From contig NW_021832997.1 in NCBI RefSeq assembly GCF_006345805.1, positions 8,237 through 72,236 of the forward strand: a DNA stretch of 64,000 nt, given 5' to 3'. Position 1 is the stretch's first letter. Each line of letters opens with the position of its first letter. The position numbers and the translations under genes are program-made. Below, piece after piece: positions 12,701 through 25,633 of the stretch. Origin of the DNA: Octopus sinensis. Lineage: Eukaryota. The notes below the pieces were generated by a model. It searched no databases. It was not told the DNA's origin and was given only the letters and a program-made list of their open reading frames with translations.

Positions 12701-12844
12701 GCCTTCTTCTATCATACTCTCAATTTTGGTCAACTTGCGCCACAGGGTGTATATTGTTGTATTTCGGAATGGTCATTTTGCCTATGAAAACACACGCACT
12801 ATATATTTGGTGTTACTTTGCTTCAATGTTATTTATTTTTTACA

Positions 12845-13070
12845 TCGACTGGCCTCCGTGCTATGGGCACGTAACAAACACCATCGGAGCGTGGCCGTCT
12901 GCCAGCCTCATAAACTAACCCACTACACTCTCGGAGTGGTTGGCGTTAGGAAGGGCATCCAGCTGTAGAAACACTGCCAGATCTGACTGGCCTGGTGCAG
13001 CCTTCGGGCTCCCCAGTTGAACCGTCCAACCCATGCTAGCATGGAAAGCGGACGTTAAATGATGATGATT
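12845..13070 (+). mobile_element. SINE family S4 (V-domain-like aggaagggcatcc, (GAT)n tail)
   Basis: Absent from the paralogous site near 26560. Other copies at 25676-25825, 34165-34470, 36440-36600 and 36620-36900. Confidence 0.75.
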
Positions 13071-13081
13071 AATCTTATTTC

Positions 13082-14190
13082 GGCCAGAGTTCTTTCGTCA
13101 CACTCCTGTGACCGCATCGGTGGTCCTTTGTTTTCTTATTTGTGTCTCTCCTTACTAACGTCAGCCATTTTGTATGTCTTCATTTGCGCATGCTTATATC
13201 TCTCGTTCATGTGTTTACATCCGTATGTATAACAACAATAATAGTAATAATAAATCAAAAAAAAAAAAATTAAATATTTGTTTATATTGTAACCAGTTTG
13301 TGGGGATCCTCTACCATCATATGTTGTAGTGGGTGCTAGTGTTCCTATTCAGGTTAGGTTTGTCTTCTATTATGTGTGTAGCGTCTGATTGATTCGGCAT
13401 GTTGGTACAGAATAGATGAGCGTTTACCCACTCTTCTTGCCGTTTCCCCTACGTATGTCGTTGTCTTATTACTGCATCGTCCCTCTATACAGCTTATACT
13501 ATAGACTACATTTCTGGCTTTACAGTTTGTTTGTGGGCTAAATCTACATATAGTACAGTACTTATCCGTACAGGGGGTTCTACCAATTATAGATTTGCTT
13601 GGCTTTTCAACAACCTTAATCCTTAGCTTAAGTTTGTCCAGGGTCCTTCTAAAGCGGTATGCCAGTTCGCCTCCAGGGGTGGTGTCAACGAACATGTCAC
13701 TCTAGTATTTATGGCGAGCATACCGAGAGGTGGCCTTCCCTATTTTCTTTTTTTGTCCTATCTATAGTGTTCCATGACTTGTACCTATAGAGTGGGCAAA
13801 TTCCATTCCTATCATTACATGATATATTATCAAATTTCTTTATGGCTGTAACCTGAGAACTGCATGCAGTGAATGAAATATTGTATGTGTCTCTCTAGGC
13901 TTGCACATGCGTGACACAGAGTTCGGTGTCTAGTACTCTATTGTGGCGATAATACTCTGGTGGATGGAGTTAGCTATTTGCTCTCCATATTATTAGTTTC
14001 TATTTCAAAAGTACTCTTTTGTGGGGGTGCCTTTACCACTATTTTGATATCATCAACATAGCGATAGTAGATGTTCACTTTCTTTACCTGATGGTCATTT
14101 GTGGGGGGGTCCGTATGGCTCTGGTCCATCCGCGCCATATATATATATATTTGCTGATCCCAGTAGACTGATGGGAGGAATGCTTGCAAC
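13082..14190 (-). mobile_element. Penelope-like retroelement remnant (Naiad-type), linker plus GIY-YIG endonuclease
   Basis: YYRYVDD, GICPLYRYKSW, MFVDTTPGGELA...IKVVEKP, PCTDKYCTIC, NVVYSISC...YVGETARRVGKR; hammerhead-like motif at the 3' end. Confidence 0.85.
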
Positions 14191-16599
14191 ATTCCAGACT
14201 CTGCTAAATTTACACTAAGGGAATATTAACCAAGGTGGACATAGCAAATGTAAATACAACAACAAAATATTTCCTCTTTTATTTATTTCAAAATCATTCA
14301 ATCTGTCACATAGCATGTTTCAGTGGACAATGATGCTGTCAGTCTGCAATATCTTCTCCTCCTTCACTAGAGAAATGGAACAGTGGCAGAGATGAATTTC
14401 GATGGTAGTTATTTGTAGAAATGACTTGTGGGAGGTGTTAGAGAAATAAATCCAAAGACCAAGTATTCAGCAGTGAATCAAAGGCTAATTAACTAATATT
14501 ATATAATAATCATGGCAGGGGATGAGATGATTACATCAACCCCAGTTCTTGACTGGTACTTAATTCATTGAACTTAAAGATGGACGAATTGACACTTAAC
14601 ATTTTTATCTGGTTCCAATCTTAGTGATAATAATCCTTTCTAATATAGGCACAAGGCCTGGAATTTGTGGAGGGGAGGGTAGTTGATCCCTGTTCTTGGC
14701 TGGTACCTAATTTATCTTATCAGGATGAAAGGCAATATTGACCGTTAAGGATAAGAAGAAATGCCATTTAGCATTCACCTGGCACGCTAATGATTCCGCC
14801 ACCTTAATAGTAACCCTTTTTAATATAGGTACAGGGCCTGAAATTTGGGGAGGGAGAGTTGATTAAATCAACCCTAGTGTTTCATTAGTACTTAATTTGG
14901 TGGTATTGGAACATAGCAACGGATGGAATACCACTAAGCATTTTATCTGTTAGCTTGTCGCTTTATTGATGATAACAACTTATAAGGAATATTTTGTAAA
15001 GAGAATTAAGGACAAACAATCATTATAGGATGATGTGCTGTGTGTGTCTTTGAAGATAAGTGTAAGTACCTTTCATTAACAACCCAGCCCTGTACTACAA
15101 ATGTCTTGTCTTCAAAAGTTCCGAGTATAAAATCTTCCACTAAACCTTAGTCACAATTTATGTTCCTAACACTAGCTGAAATTCTTTGTTATATTTAAAA
15201 TTGGTTGAAAGATACAGTAGAGGAACAATTCTTAACACCACCTCTGGCTCAGTAGTACATATCTCTTGTTTTGATTTAAAATCATGGAAACTTTAAAGTG
15301 TGAATGTATTAGGCTGTCAAGAAAGGTCCTGTGGAAATTTTGACTTTATTTATCATTTTAAAACCCCGTTTTCCACTCTTTTCGAATAGTGAGGCCGTTT
15401 TTTTTCTGGAACACAATGTGGTCAAAAGGCAATTTTACACAATTTTCTTATTCCAGTTCTAGCTTGGCCAAGGAACAGCTCGTAATGTCAATGCTGCGTT
15501 TGGCCCAGTTTCCACCACACGAATTGATTAACAACCAAAACGCTGTTTTGAAGTGTTGTCTTCCCTTCTTTTATGTAACAAGAATGACCGGATTGTGACA
15601 GTCAGCTCAGTGGTTGGATGCTGACGAAGCTCCACGGCACTTCCCGAAGCCAAAGTCGCCCCAACAGAAGGTCATGGGTCTCATGGATCACAGCTTTTTG
15701 GATCCAGGGGGAGAGGTACTGTCAGCAAATGGATGAATTGCATAAGAAACTCTGACAACAACAGCCAGCATTGGTCAATAGAAAGGGACCATGGCTACAC
15801 TGTTTATTTCTAAAGTTTTGTGTGCATCTGAATTTAAAGGTTCAAAATCACATGAACTTTCTTGACAACCTAGTGTGTGTGTATGTATTGGTTTACAAGA
15901 TTCTTTTTGTGTATTGAAGCGTATTTTATGGTCTGGCAAGTGTCTTCTACTATAGCCTTGTGAGTGGATTTGGTAGACAGAAGCCTGTTGTGTGTATATA
16001 TGTTTACGTCCCGGTAACTTAGCACTTTGGCAAATGAGACCAATAGAATAAGTCCTGGGGTCGACTAAACACGGTGCTCCAACATGGTCAAAGAGATTTA
16101 GCTATTTGGAATTTTTATATATGTGTGTGGTTATTAATTATGTTCCTCTACTTTCGCTTGCATTACCTCCATTCAGATTATTAGGCGGAATATAGCTCAG
16201 TTGGAGCACTAAAACTCCTGTCTGTATTTTATAATAATATATATGGATACTTATATACAGACTCGTGCACAATTAAGCTAGCAGTACCGAGTCGTAAAAC
16301 ATATCTGTAATACAATAATGATGTTGTTCTTACCTGTTATATGGGATTGTAAATATGTTTGCAAATTTTTTTTATTTTAATAAATGTTGCTACAACTTAT
16401 AGATGATTTTTTTTTTTTTTATGACTTCATTGCTGACTAAACAAATACAGACTTAGAAAATGTATGGTTTACCTTTTAAAACACCTGCTGCTGTCTACCT
16501 TGTAACAAGGATCATACTTACTGGGTGTGCCTCTGACACAATATATATTGTTATAAAATGTAATACATACACACACTGGACATCACTGCAGATGGCCAA

Positions 16600-17548
16600 G
16601 CGGTATTTAGTAAACAAGAGATGTATTTTTAATTTTACCAGGATTTACATCTCTGGTCATCCAAATTTGAAATTCATGTTCCTCCTCGACTTTAAAATCC
16701 GCAGAAGTGCCTGGCTGCGTTCTTTCTGCATGAGTGTAATGACAACGCGCCTCTTCGTCACCCTCCTCGCTGTCAACATCCCGACGGTCATGAAACTCCT
16801 CCCCGTTGCATTTAGACGTAACCTTTCCTCGGCTGTCATTGATGTCCGCATCTTGGGTGAAGGGCTTTCGTCTTGTGTCTGTTGCATTAAAACCTGGCAC
16901 TTGTACGACAGCAGTTGTTGCGTTCCGTCTGTGCAGTAAATTTGTCAGGAACAGTGCTGAATGCTTGAAAGAATATGGCGAAGGGATCTTTAAACAGTTC
17001 TGCTTTTTACCTGAGAATTGCTGCCCCTGTTTTCTTTCATGTTCACTTCTTATCAAATGCGATTGGTTCATTTTATTTGATACAGTTTCTCTCATTTTTG
17101 TTGTAGTTATTGCTGCTGTTGTTCTCGTCGAAGTCAACAAACTTTCGTCAGGTTCCAGAGGGTCGCGGCTCGGAAGATTTGAATTTGTTAAGACGATCAC
17201 AAAAGCTTCCATATTATCTTCAGAAAGTTTTACAGCATCCTTCACAAGAGAAAGAATTACGTTTGGCAATTCTGCCTATTCATCTTCGGGAAATTGTTTC
17301 TTACTAAGGAATTTGTCAGCAGAGATTCTTTGGTAGATCTGTTGCTAGGCATAAAGTTTCTGTGTAGGATCCAAAGCTTGGTGGAGATTAGGGACGGCAA
17401 TGATTGATGCAGTACCATATAGGGATGGAAAAGCGTTATTGTTGTTAGTGGAATAAGTCCAGCCGATGCAATTTGAGGAGCTTTTGTCTCTGTCAGCGAA
17501 CCCGCCAATGTAGTCGATGGTTTTAGGAGATGCAATGGTGTCGCTTGT
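16600..17548 (-). pseudogene. Orphan duplicate of the terminal exon at 30819-32023, frameshifted
   Basis: Acceptor tttatttaattacag| at 17549; translates TSDTIASPKTIDYIGGFADRDKSS...QALDPTQ then shifts frame; later frame FLTNLLHRRNATTAVVQVPGFNAT...DINDSRGKVTSKCNGEEF. Confidence 0.7.
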
Positions 17549-17956
17549 CTGTAATTAAATAAAAAGGAATAAAACAATTTTATTGATATGAAAAGATAAT
17601 GTTGATGAAATTATTGTATCCAGTGCTCAGGTGCGTATAGAACATATGTAGAGAGGGAGAAACAAGCATATATAGAGCAGTGCTTTTCAAACTTATTGCG
17701 TGAGCGGAACCCCTGTGCAATAATTTAATAGTCTTATGCACAGCTGAATTATAAATTACTGCCGATTTTAGCAGTGTTGTAACTTCTTGCGGAACCTTAG
17801 GGCTCTGCAGGACCCTGGTTGAAGACCCACTGATATAGGAAAAGAAGGTCAATACAGTAAAGTTTATAGCACCACTGCACAGAGCTGCGGTCAGTAGTAT
17901 AGTGAAAGCATGTGATAAAGATAAGACTACTGAATGATGAGGTAACTTGAATGTAG

Positions 17957-18135
17957 AGCCTAAAAACAGAAACAATTCCCATTATAGTAAGAACATTAGG
18001 TGTGATAAAAAGAACTTCAGACAAATACATAACAGAAACTAGCACTGCCCACATCCTACGCAAAACACTTTCAATACAATGAGCATCACTCAGTAGTAAG
18101 GTGAAAGCATGCTAATAAGACTACTGAATAATAGT
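17957..18135 (+). mobile_element. R4/Dong-like LINE 3' end (paralog at 33450-33655)
   Basis: SLKTETIPIIVRTLGVIK...STAHILRKTLSIQ* resembles the R4-clade C-terminus (PIIIGALG...LGTAHILRK); ends in aataat repeats. Confidence 0.7.
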
Positions 18136-19509
18136 TTTAGATAAGGTGGGTGAGGTTACTATGTCAGACAATGATTAGCATCATTTCTTCCAATTTTACA
18201 TTCAGAGTTCAAATTCTACCGAGGTCGTCTTTGCCCTTCTCTCAGAATTGCTGGACTTGTACCATAATTTGAAACCGGTAATTTTTTTTGGGGAAAGTCG
18301 GTTATGTTGACCCTAGAACAAGGAAAGGAAACTCAAACTTATCCAAAATGCCAACAGTTCTGTCTGTTTGCTGATGAAAATAATAATCTATTTCTTTATT
18401 ACACACGGGGGACAGGCAAAGAAATTAAGTTGATTACATCGACCCCAGTATGTATCTGGTACTTATTTAATTGACCCATGAAAGGCAAAGTCGACCTCTG
18501 CGGAATTTGATGACTGGCATCTGTGCTTGTGGAGTGCGATCGTTACTAGTATCACCTTGCTAGCAGGTGGCACATAAAAGCGCCCACTACATTCTCAGAG
18601 TGGTGGGCATCCAGCTGTAGAAACGACAGGGTCTAGTCAATTACATCAACCCCAGTGTTTCACTGGTATTTATTTTCATCAACTCTGTAAGGATAAAAAG
18701 CAAAGTCAACCTCAGCAGTATCTGAACTTGCTGCCTTAATAATAATAATTAATTCGTTTATTGGCTACAAGGGCTTATTTAAGATTACATTAAGACGATG
18801 ATATTATTATAATCCTTTCTACTCTAGGTACAAGGCCTGGATTTTATGGTGAGTGGGACAGTCAATAACATCAACCCCAGCACACAACTGGTACTTAATT
18901 TATGAAGGGCAAAGATGGCAGAAATTGGACATAAAGGCAGACGAAATACCACAAACCATTTCGCCTGGTGTGTTAACGATTCTGCCAGCTTGCTGCTATA
19001 ATAGTAATTTCTACTCTAAGCACAAGGCCCTGAAAATTTTAGGGGATAATTCGACCCCACTGGTACTTAATTTATCACCCCCGAAGTGATGAAGGCCATA
19101 AAAAAAAACCTGCCAAAACAACAGTGGAACTTGGGGCAGTTCTCTGACTTGCCAGCTCCTGTTAAGTGTATATATAGGAGTGGTAGGTAGCTTGTTTACC
19201 AACCGCATGGCACATTGGGCAAGTGTCTTCTACTATAGCCTTGTGAGTGGATTTGCTAGATGGAAACTGAAAGAAGCCCGTCGCATATATATACATATGC
19301 GTTTCTCCTCCTAGCATTGCTTGGCAACCGATGCATTTATGTCCCCGTCACTTGGCAAAAGGGACCGATACAGTAAGTACCGGACTTACAAAGAATGAGT
19401 TCGAAGATGGTGCTGCTCCAGCATGGCCGCAGTCAAATGACTGGTAAGAGTATATAGGTTTTGGGTAAGTATTACTAAACGTATATGATGTTAGTTCTTT
19501 GTAAATGTT

Positions 19510-19890
19510 CATAGGAGAGCGGGCAAATGAGTATTGGAGGCAACAGCTCATCGATTCTGTATCAACACGGGGGATCAGTCAACAACATAGAAATTAAAAT
19601 ATTCTCCACACATAATAGAAGATGAACCTAGCCTGAATAGGAAACTGCAATGGAACACTAGCACCCACCACAACATATGATGGTAGAGGATCCCCACAAA
19701 CTGGTTACGATATAAACAAATATATAATTTTTTTGATTTATTATTATACATACGGATGTAAACACACGAACTAGAGATATAAGCATGCGCAAATGAAGAC
19801 ATACAAAATGGCTGACGGTTAGTAAGGAGAGACACAAATAAGAAAACAAAGGACCACTGATGCGGTCACAGGAGTGTGACGAAAGAACCA
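19510..19890 (+). mobile_element. Third, inverted copy of the Penelope-like 3' end
   Basis: Reverse complement of 26580-27040 with internal deletions; retains the CTGATG hammerhead-like core at 19851-19888. Confidence 0.8.
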
Positions 19891-20456
19891 AATATATAGT
19901 GCGTATGTTTTTATTGGCAAAATGACCATTCCGAAATATAGCAATATATACCCTGTGGCACAAGTTGGCCAAAATTGAGAGTATGGTAGAAGGCTTGCTC
20001 TACCTTCCATAGGAGAAAAGATTGATATCGGACCATGTTAACATCAAAAAGGTGCTTTTTTTTTTTCTATTAAAAATTCCCATTTTTTAACTGCTGTGTC
20101 GCCATTTCTCAGTGTATTTCAACCAGAAAACTGTTCACTTAAAGAAATAATAAGCTACATGAGGCAAAATTTTTAATTTTCAAAAATTCTAAAGGGTAGA
20201 AACAAACCCGAGCAATACTACTAGTATATACAGAGAATAGGAACTACATGTGGAAATGTAAGGGGAAGAAAATGCACAGTAACGATAGATATATACAATT
20301 AGATGACGTTCGATTTTTAAAGAAAAAAAACCTGTCTCTAGAAGTGCTGTTCACAAAAAGTACGTCAGTAATTATCTAGACTTACTATGAAATATCAAAG
20401 CTTTCATAGATATTCATTGTTATACAAAGTGTTTCATCCAATGACTTCCGATATCG

Positions 20457-20861
20457 TTATTCTCCTGTATGATTGGATATGTGTGCAGCCAATTGTGCTT
20501 TTTGAGAGAACGATTTACCACAGATGTCACACTGATAGGGCTTCTCTCCTGTATGAATACGTTTGTGCCTAGATAAGGTACCTCCATCGGAGAAAGATTT
20601 TCCACAGGCATCGCAATCATATGGTTTCTCTCCTGTATGAATACGCTTGTGTCGGGTCAAGGTGCCTCCGTCGGAGAACGATTTGCCGCAGATGTCACAG
20701 TGATATTGTTTCTCTCCTGAGTGAGTGTGTTTGACCAAGGAATTGCTCCGAGAGAAGAATTTAGCACAAATGTTACATCGATACGGCTTTTCACCTGTAT
20801 GGAGGTGTTTGTGACTGTAAACAGAGAATGATTTACTACAGATCTCACAGTGATACGTGTA
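20457..20861 (-). CDS. C2H2 zinc-finger exon A (5 fingers, first two shortened); possibly a pseudogene
   Basis: Repeated CxxC...HxxxH with HTGEKPY linkers; acceptor-like atttctattcattcag upstream; no ATG inside the exon. Confidence 0.8.
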   Translation of the reverse strand, partial: YTYHCEICSKSFSVYSHKHLHTGEKPYRCNICAKFFSRSNSLVKHTHSGEKQYHCDICGKSFSDGGTLTRHKRIHTGEKPYDCDACGKSFSDGGTLSRHKRIHTGEKPYQCDICGKSFSQKAQLAAHISNHTGE

Positions 20862-21747
20862 GCTGAATGAATAGAAATAATGTTCAGTGTGTCTCCTACT
20901 TGATTCAGCCCGTCGTATATACATGTGTGTGTCTTACTATCGCTTGTCAACCGGTGTTGGTGTGTTTACGTCACTGAGGCTTAGCAGTTCAGCAAAGAGA
21001 GCGATAGAATAAATACTAGGCTTTAAAAAAAAGAAGTAAAAGGATCAATTTATTCAACTTAAAACTTCACCAAGATGGTGGACCAGCATGACCGCAATCT
21101 AATACCCGTAACAAATAAAAGATGGGCGTGACTTCGGTATAGGTACCGGATACATTTCAAGAAAGTGTTTTTTTTTTTTTTTTAAATACATATTTAGGCG
21201 CAGGAGTGGCTGTGTGGTAAGTAGCTTGTTTACCAATCACATGGTTCCGGGTTCAGTCCCACTGCGTGGCACCTTGGGCAGGTGTCTTCTACCAAGGCCC
21301 TGTGAGTGGATTTGGTAGACGGAAACTGAAAGAAGCCCGTCGTATATGTGTGTTTGTCCCTCTGGCATTGCTTGACAACCGATGCTGGTGTGTGTACGTC
21401 CCCGTAACTTAGCGGTTCGGAAAAAAGAGATCGATGGAATAAGTACTGGGCTTACAAAGAATAAGTCCCGGGGTCGAGTTGCTCGATTAAAAGCGGTGCT
21501 CCAGCATGGCCGCAGTTAAATGACTGAAACAAGTAAAAGAGTATATAAGGGGTTGGGGTGGGAGAAAAGGGTTTCTGTTATCTTCAGAAATGTAAACAAA
21601 GCCACTTTCCGGTACCTATACCGAAGGATCGCCAATAGAGGAATTATTAAATGCGAATTTCATGCTTTGGAGTGTAGGATCTTTATAAAATGGGGAAAAA
21701 GGAAAGAAACCGGGACAGGTTCTTGAATAACAATGCGATGGCCTCAC

Positions 21748-21955
21748 CTAGTAAAAATGCCTCCTGGCTGTGTCAGGACATCAACAGAGGAGAAGAAGAG
21801 AAAGGACAACTTGTTCCTTATTGAAAAAATCAGGTCCCTCGGTGGGTACGGGAGGCTAGGATCGAACCCCGAAGGAAAGAATGGTTTTTCAGGCGCAGGC
21901 TCGGTCGCCTGACGTCACTACCGCTTTTCCATTTCAGCCAATGATATCAAAGTCA
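21748..21955 (-). promoter_or_regulatory. Promoter-like island P2 with first exon, oriented toward zinc-finger exon A
   Basis: ccaat at 21938-21942, tgacgtca at 21910-21917, donor ctag|gtgagg at 21748/21747. Confidence 0.55.
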
Positions 21956-23731
21956 GATATCTGTGTAAACGGTTGCTATGACAATATTGTGTGTGTTGAT
22001 GTGCATGCATTTCTTGATTTGGCAACGTTTCGTTTGTAGTGGCACACGCTTCCGTAAAATACTTATATTTTTTTACATGTGGCTTTGCGGGAATATTTGA
22101 AGTAATGAGAGCGAAAGAGACTAAGAGGAAGCGATTTTATGACGAGGGAATTTCTTTTTGAAGTCCCCGTCTGTGTGTTTGATGGGGTGTGGGAGACAGA
22201 CAGTATGTTGTGTAAGTGAAGTGCTTCTGTTAGTGTGTGCGAAGAGACAGAGAGAGATAACTGGAATTTTTTACTCGGTGTATGTGTGTGGCCGATTCAT
22301 TTTTTACGGAAATCGACGGAGGAATTCTACGGAAACGTGTGCTACTACAAACGAAACATTGCCCTTGATTTTGTTTTCAGTTTGTATATATATATGCTTG
22401 TATGTATAGAAATTGAATTCACCTCAATAGACGTCATTGATTGGTTGAAATTGAAGAAGAAAAACCCAACAAATATCTTACAAACTCTAGAATTTTCTCA
22501 ATAAAGCCAAGAGAAAAAGATGTTTTATTTTGACACATTCTACCACTCTTTAAGTGAACATTTTTCTGGTTAATGTACACCGAAAAATGACGACACAGCA
22601 GGCAAAAAATAGGGATTTTCAAAGGAAAAAAACCCCACCTTTTTGATGTAAATAGTTTTTGGTGTTAACATGGTCCGATTTGAATTTTTTCTTCTACGGA
22701 AGGAAGAGCAAGCCTTCTTCTATCATACTCTCAATTTTGGTCAACTTGCCCCACAGGGTCTCGGAGGAGATAGTGTTAGTTGAAGGCTGCCATACACAGA
22801 CAACTTCAGCTTTATATATAGAGAGAGATTAAGTTGTAAAATTTTAACCTAAAAACCATGAGTTTATTAAAGTTACAATGGGTGTTATTCTGGCTCTTAT
22901 GGGACAGACATGTCGTGTTGATGTTTAGATAAATTTTAATCCACCAAGATATACACGTACAGGTAGTTATAAATATCCAGACACACGTGTAGGTTCCTTA
23001 TGGGTGCTTCAATTAGTATTTAGAATGAATGAATAGAGATTATTGCTATGAAGTAACACCCCAATGATAAACTGGTATAATTGGATATTTATACATACAC
23101 CTCCACATATAAATAAACTTTATTAGTGTATATATATATACCAGTGGTTTTCAACCAGGGTTCCGCCAGTACAGTCCAGGGGTTCCGCAAGAAGTTACAA
23201 AACTGCTAAAATCGACAGTAATTTTTAATTCTCCTGAGCAGATATGTGTGCATAAGACTATTAAATTATTGCACAGGGGTTCCTCGAGCCAGTGGAATGT
23301 TTCCTTGGGGTTCCGCTCCAGCAAAAAGTTTGAAAAGCACTGGTATAGACACACACGCATATGTCCACACCCGTGGACATGTTTACAAAGTCAGAAAACA
23401 GCACAGCTCCTTCCATGACTTTCGCAAACATTTTTTCACGCTAAGACTTGCTGAAGCATGGAACAATCTGCCGGCATCAGTTGTCGGAGCACTGCATCCT
23501 TCAAAACTTCCTGAGATTCGCCAACACTACACCTGATTTTCTCCTCCCCTCCATACACAAGCAAGCATCTATCTGACTCGTACACTGTTTACTTCCCAGA
23601 CATTTCTACATTACTGCAGATGCTTTATACGAACTTTCGACAAGTTGTGGGGCACCTGAGCACTGTATACAATAATTTCATTAATATTATATATATGGGT
23701 ATGTATGCGCAATAAAACGTAATGGCCTTAC

Positions 23732-24235
23732 CTCGTAACTTTCTGTTGGGAGTCCTCGTCAGGTTGCCCATTGACAACCAAATATACATATATATTTTCC
23801 TTTCTTCACTATTTGTTAAACTCTCTGGCTCCGTCTCTGCCACCTGACATCAATACAAGACAGACTTCTACTTAAAAACATAATTAAAAGGTAAAGTTCC
23901 ATGAGGGTGTACCAAACACGAAGTTCTGCGAGCAACAGACTTCCTTCCAATAAATGTTTGTTTCAGTTTCCGGCACTGTCCCTGACGTCACTTCCTCTTA
24001 GTCATTATCGATTTGGGGGTCGATAAGCTGGGTCAGCTAAACTAGGTCAAATGCAAAAGGGGATCGAAAAGGCGACGAGCTTGCCAATTAGCGCGCCAAA
24101 CGAAAATGCTCAGAAGTACTCCGACCGCAAAGACGTCCCGGGGAAGCGAACCTCCGCAGGACGTCACGGCGGACGAAATACAACTAAGCATTCCGTCCGA
24201 CGCGCTAAACGACCGGGCCAGCTTGCCGCCACTGA
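23732..24235 (-). promoter_or_regulatory. Promoter-like island P1 with first exon, oriented toward zinc-finger exon A
   Basis: tgacgtcacttcc (ETS-CRE) at 23983-23995; donor gag|gtaagg at 23732/23731; CpG-dense. Confidence 0.55.
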
Positions 24236-24894
24236 AAAATTGTGTAAAAAATGACATATTTAAGTTTAAAAAAAAAAGAAGAAAAATTGAAGGCTGTCCG
24301 TGGAACTAGACATAAGAAATATTCTACCATTATCGTCACAACATTCTTTAACTTTTTCTCTCAAAATGGGTTTTTTTTCTTCAACCCAGTTTTGCTTTCG
24401 CTTCTATTTAAAGCAAAATGCTTCGGCATCCAGACTCCCCTAAAATCCACACATATATAATATAAATGTATACATACCCACGTAAATATGTACATATATG
24501 TGTACAAGGCATCAAAAAAACGTTGGACCCAACGAGAAACGAACTTTTGGGGTGGGACAACAAAAAATACAGATATACATATACGACGGGCTTCTTTGAG
24601 TTTCCATCTACCAAATTACATTGTCCCCAGCCCTTTGAATATTTCAAATAATTAAGGCTGCGAGCTGGCAGAAACGTTAGCATGCCGGGCGAAATGCTTA
24701 ACAGTATTTCGTCTGGTGCTACGTTCAAATTCCGCCGAGGTCGATTTTGCCTTTCATCGTTTTGGGGTCGATGTAATCGACTTAATCCGTTTATCTGTCC
24801 CCTCTGTGTTTAGCCCCTTGTGGGTAGTAAAGAAATAGGTTTGCAGGAGTGTGAGAGTCAATTGGCAGATGAGTGAGTGATGAACAGGGCAGAG

Positions 24895-25633
24895 TCACTC
24901 AGGTTGAGTATGAGTGAAGTTATGTTTAGTCAAGTGTGCTCTTTGAGAGAACGATTTGCCACAGGTATGACAAACATAGGGTTTTTCTCCTGTGTGAACA
25001 CGTTGGTGAGTAGTTAACTGATCGTGGAGAGAGAAAGATGTGTCACAGTGGTATGGCTTCTCACCTGTATAAATACGTATGTGAATGGTCAAGCTACCTG
25101 TCTGAGTGAAGGACTTGCCACAGATGTCACAACGATATTGTTTCTCTCCAGCATGAATGTGTTTGTGCTTCGTCAGAGCGCTTCCATTCGAGAATGATTT
25201 TGCACAGGTAGGGTTTCTCGTCGCTGTGAATTCGGCTGTGGGTCGTCAGGTTGCCACTCCGCGAAAAAGATTTTCCACAGATGTCACAGTCGTACGGCCT
25301 CTCTCCTGTATGAATGCGCCTGTGAGCCGATAAGTTACCGCTTAGAGTGAACGACTTACCACAGATGTCACAGTGATAGGGCTTCTCTCCTGTATGAATA
25401 CGTTTGTGATTATTTTGAAAGAACGAAGTACCACAAATATCACAGCGATATGGTTTCTCTCCTGTATGAGTACGTTTGTGAATAGAGAGGCTATCTTTGC
25501 GAGAAAATGTCTTTTTGCAAACATCACAAGGATATGCTGTTTTCCTTATATCTTTCGGCATCTCGTCAACAAAATTAATCATTTTAAGCTCTGATTTACA
25601 TTTAATATTGTCCTCACACAATTCACTTTCCAT
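24895..25633 (-). pseudogene. C2H2 zinc-finger gene B (about 8 fingers), frameshifted near 25200
   Basis: ATG at 25633 (MESELCEDNIKCKSELKMINF...YPCDVCKKTFS), HTGEKPY linkers; after the frameshift KSFSNGSALTKHKHIHAGEKQYRCDICGKSF...HNFTHTQPE*. Confidence 0.85.

Larger units (their letters stand above)
5738..13380 (+). repeat. Left arm of a large inverted segmental duplication (partner 19510-24935)
   Basis: 5738-5850 matches revcomp 24830-24935; 7620-8130 matches revcomp 23730-24235; 10410-10780 matches revcomp 21550-21955; 11440-11500 matches revcomp 20853-20915; 12405-13380 matches revcomp 19560-20305. Confidence 0.9.
12700..19480 (+). repeat. Segmental duplication block 1 (direct copy of 26420-35400)
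   Basis: Collinear shared Penelope fragments, orphan exon, hAT MITE, Dong fragment and SINE remnants; the copies differ by many indels and insertions. Confidence 0.9.
19510..24935 (-). repeat. Right arm of the inverted segmental duplication
   Basis: See the left arm at 5738-13380; this arm keeps the zinc-finger exon that the left arm lacks. Confidence 0.9.

Noticed and set aside
13480-13600. Selenocysteine-type Naiad element
   Set aside because: Linker and endonuclease cysteines are ordinary Cys codons here; no SECIS could be supported by eye
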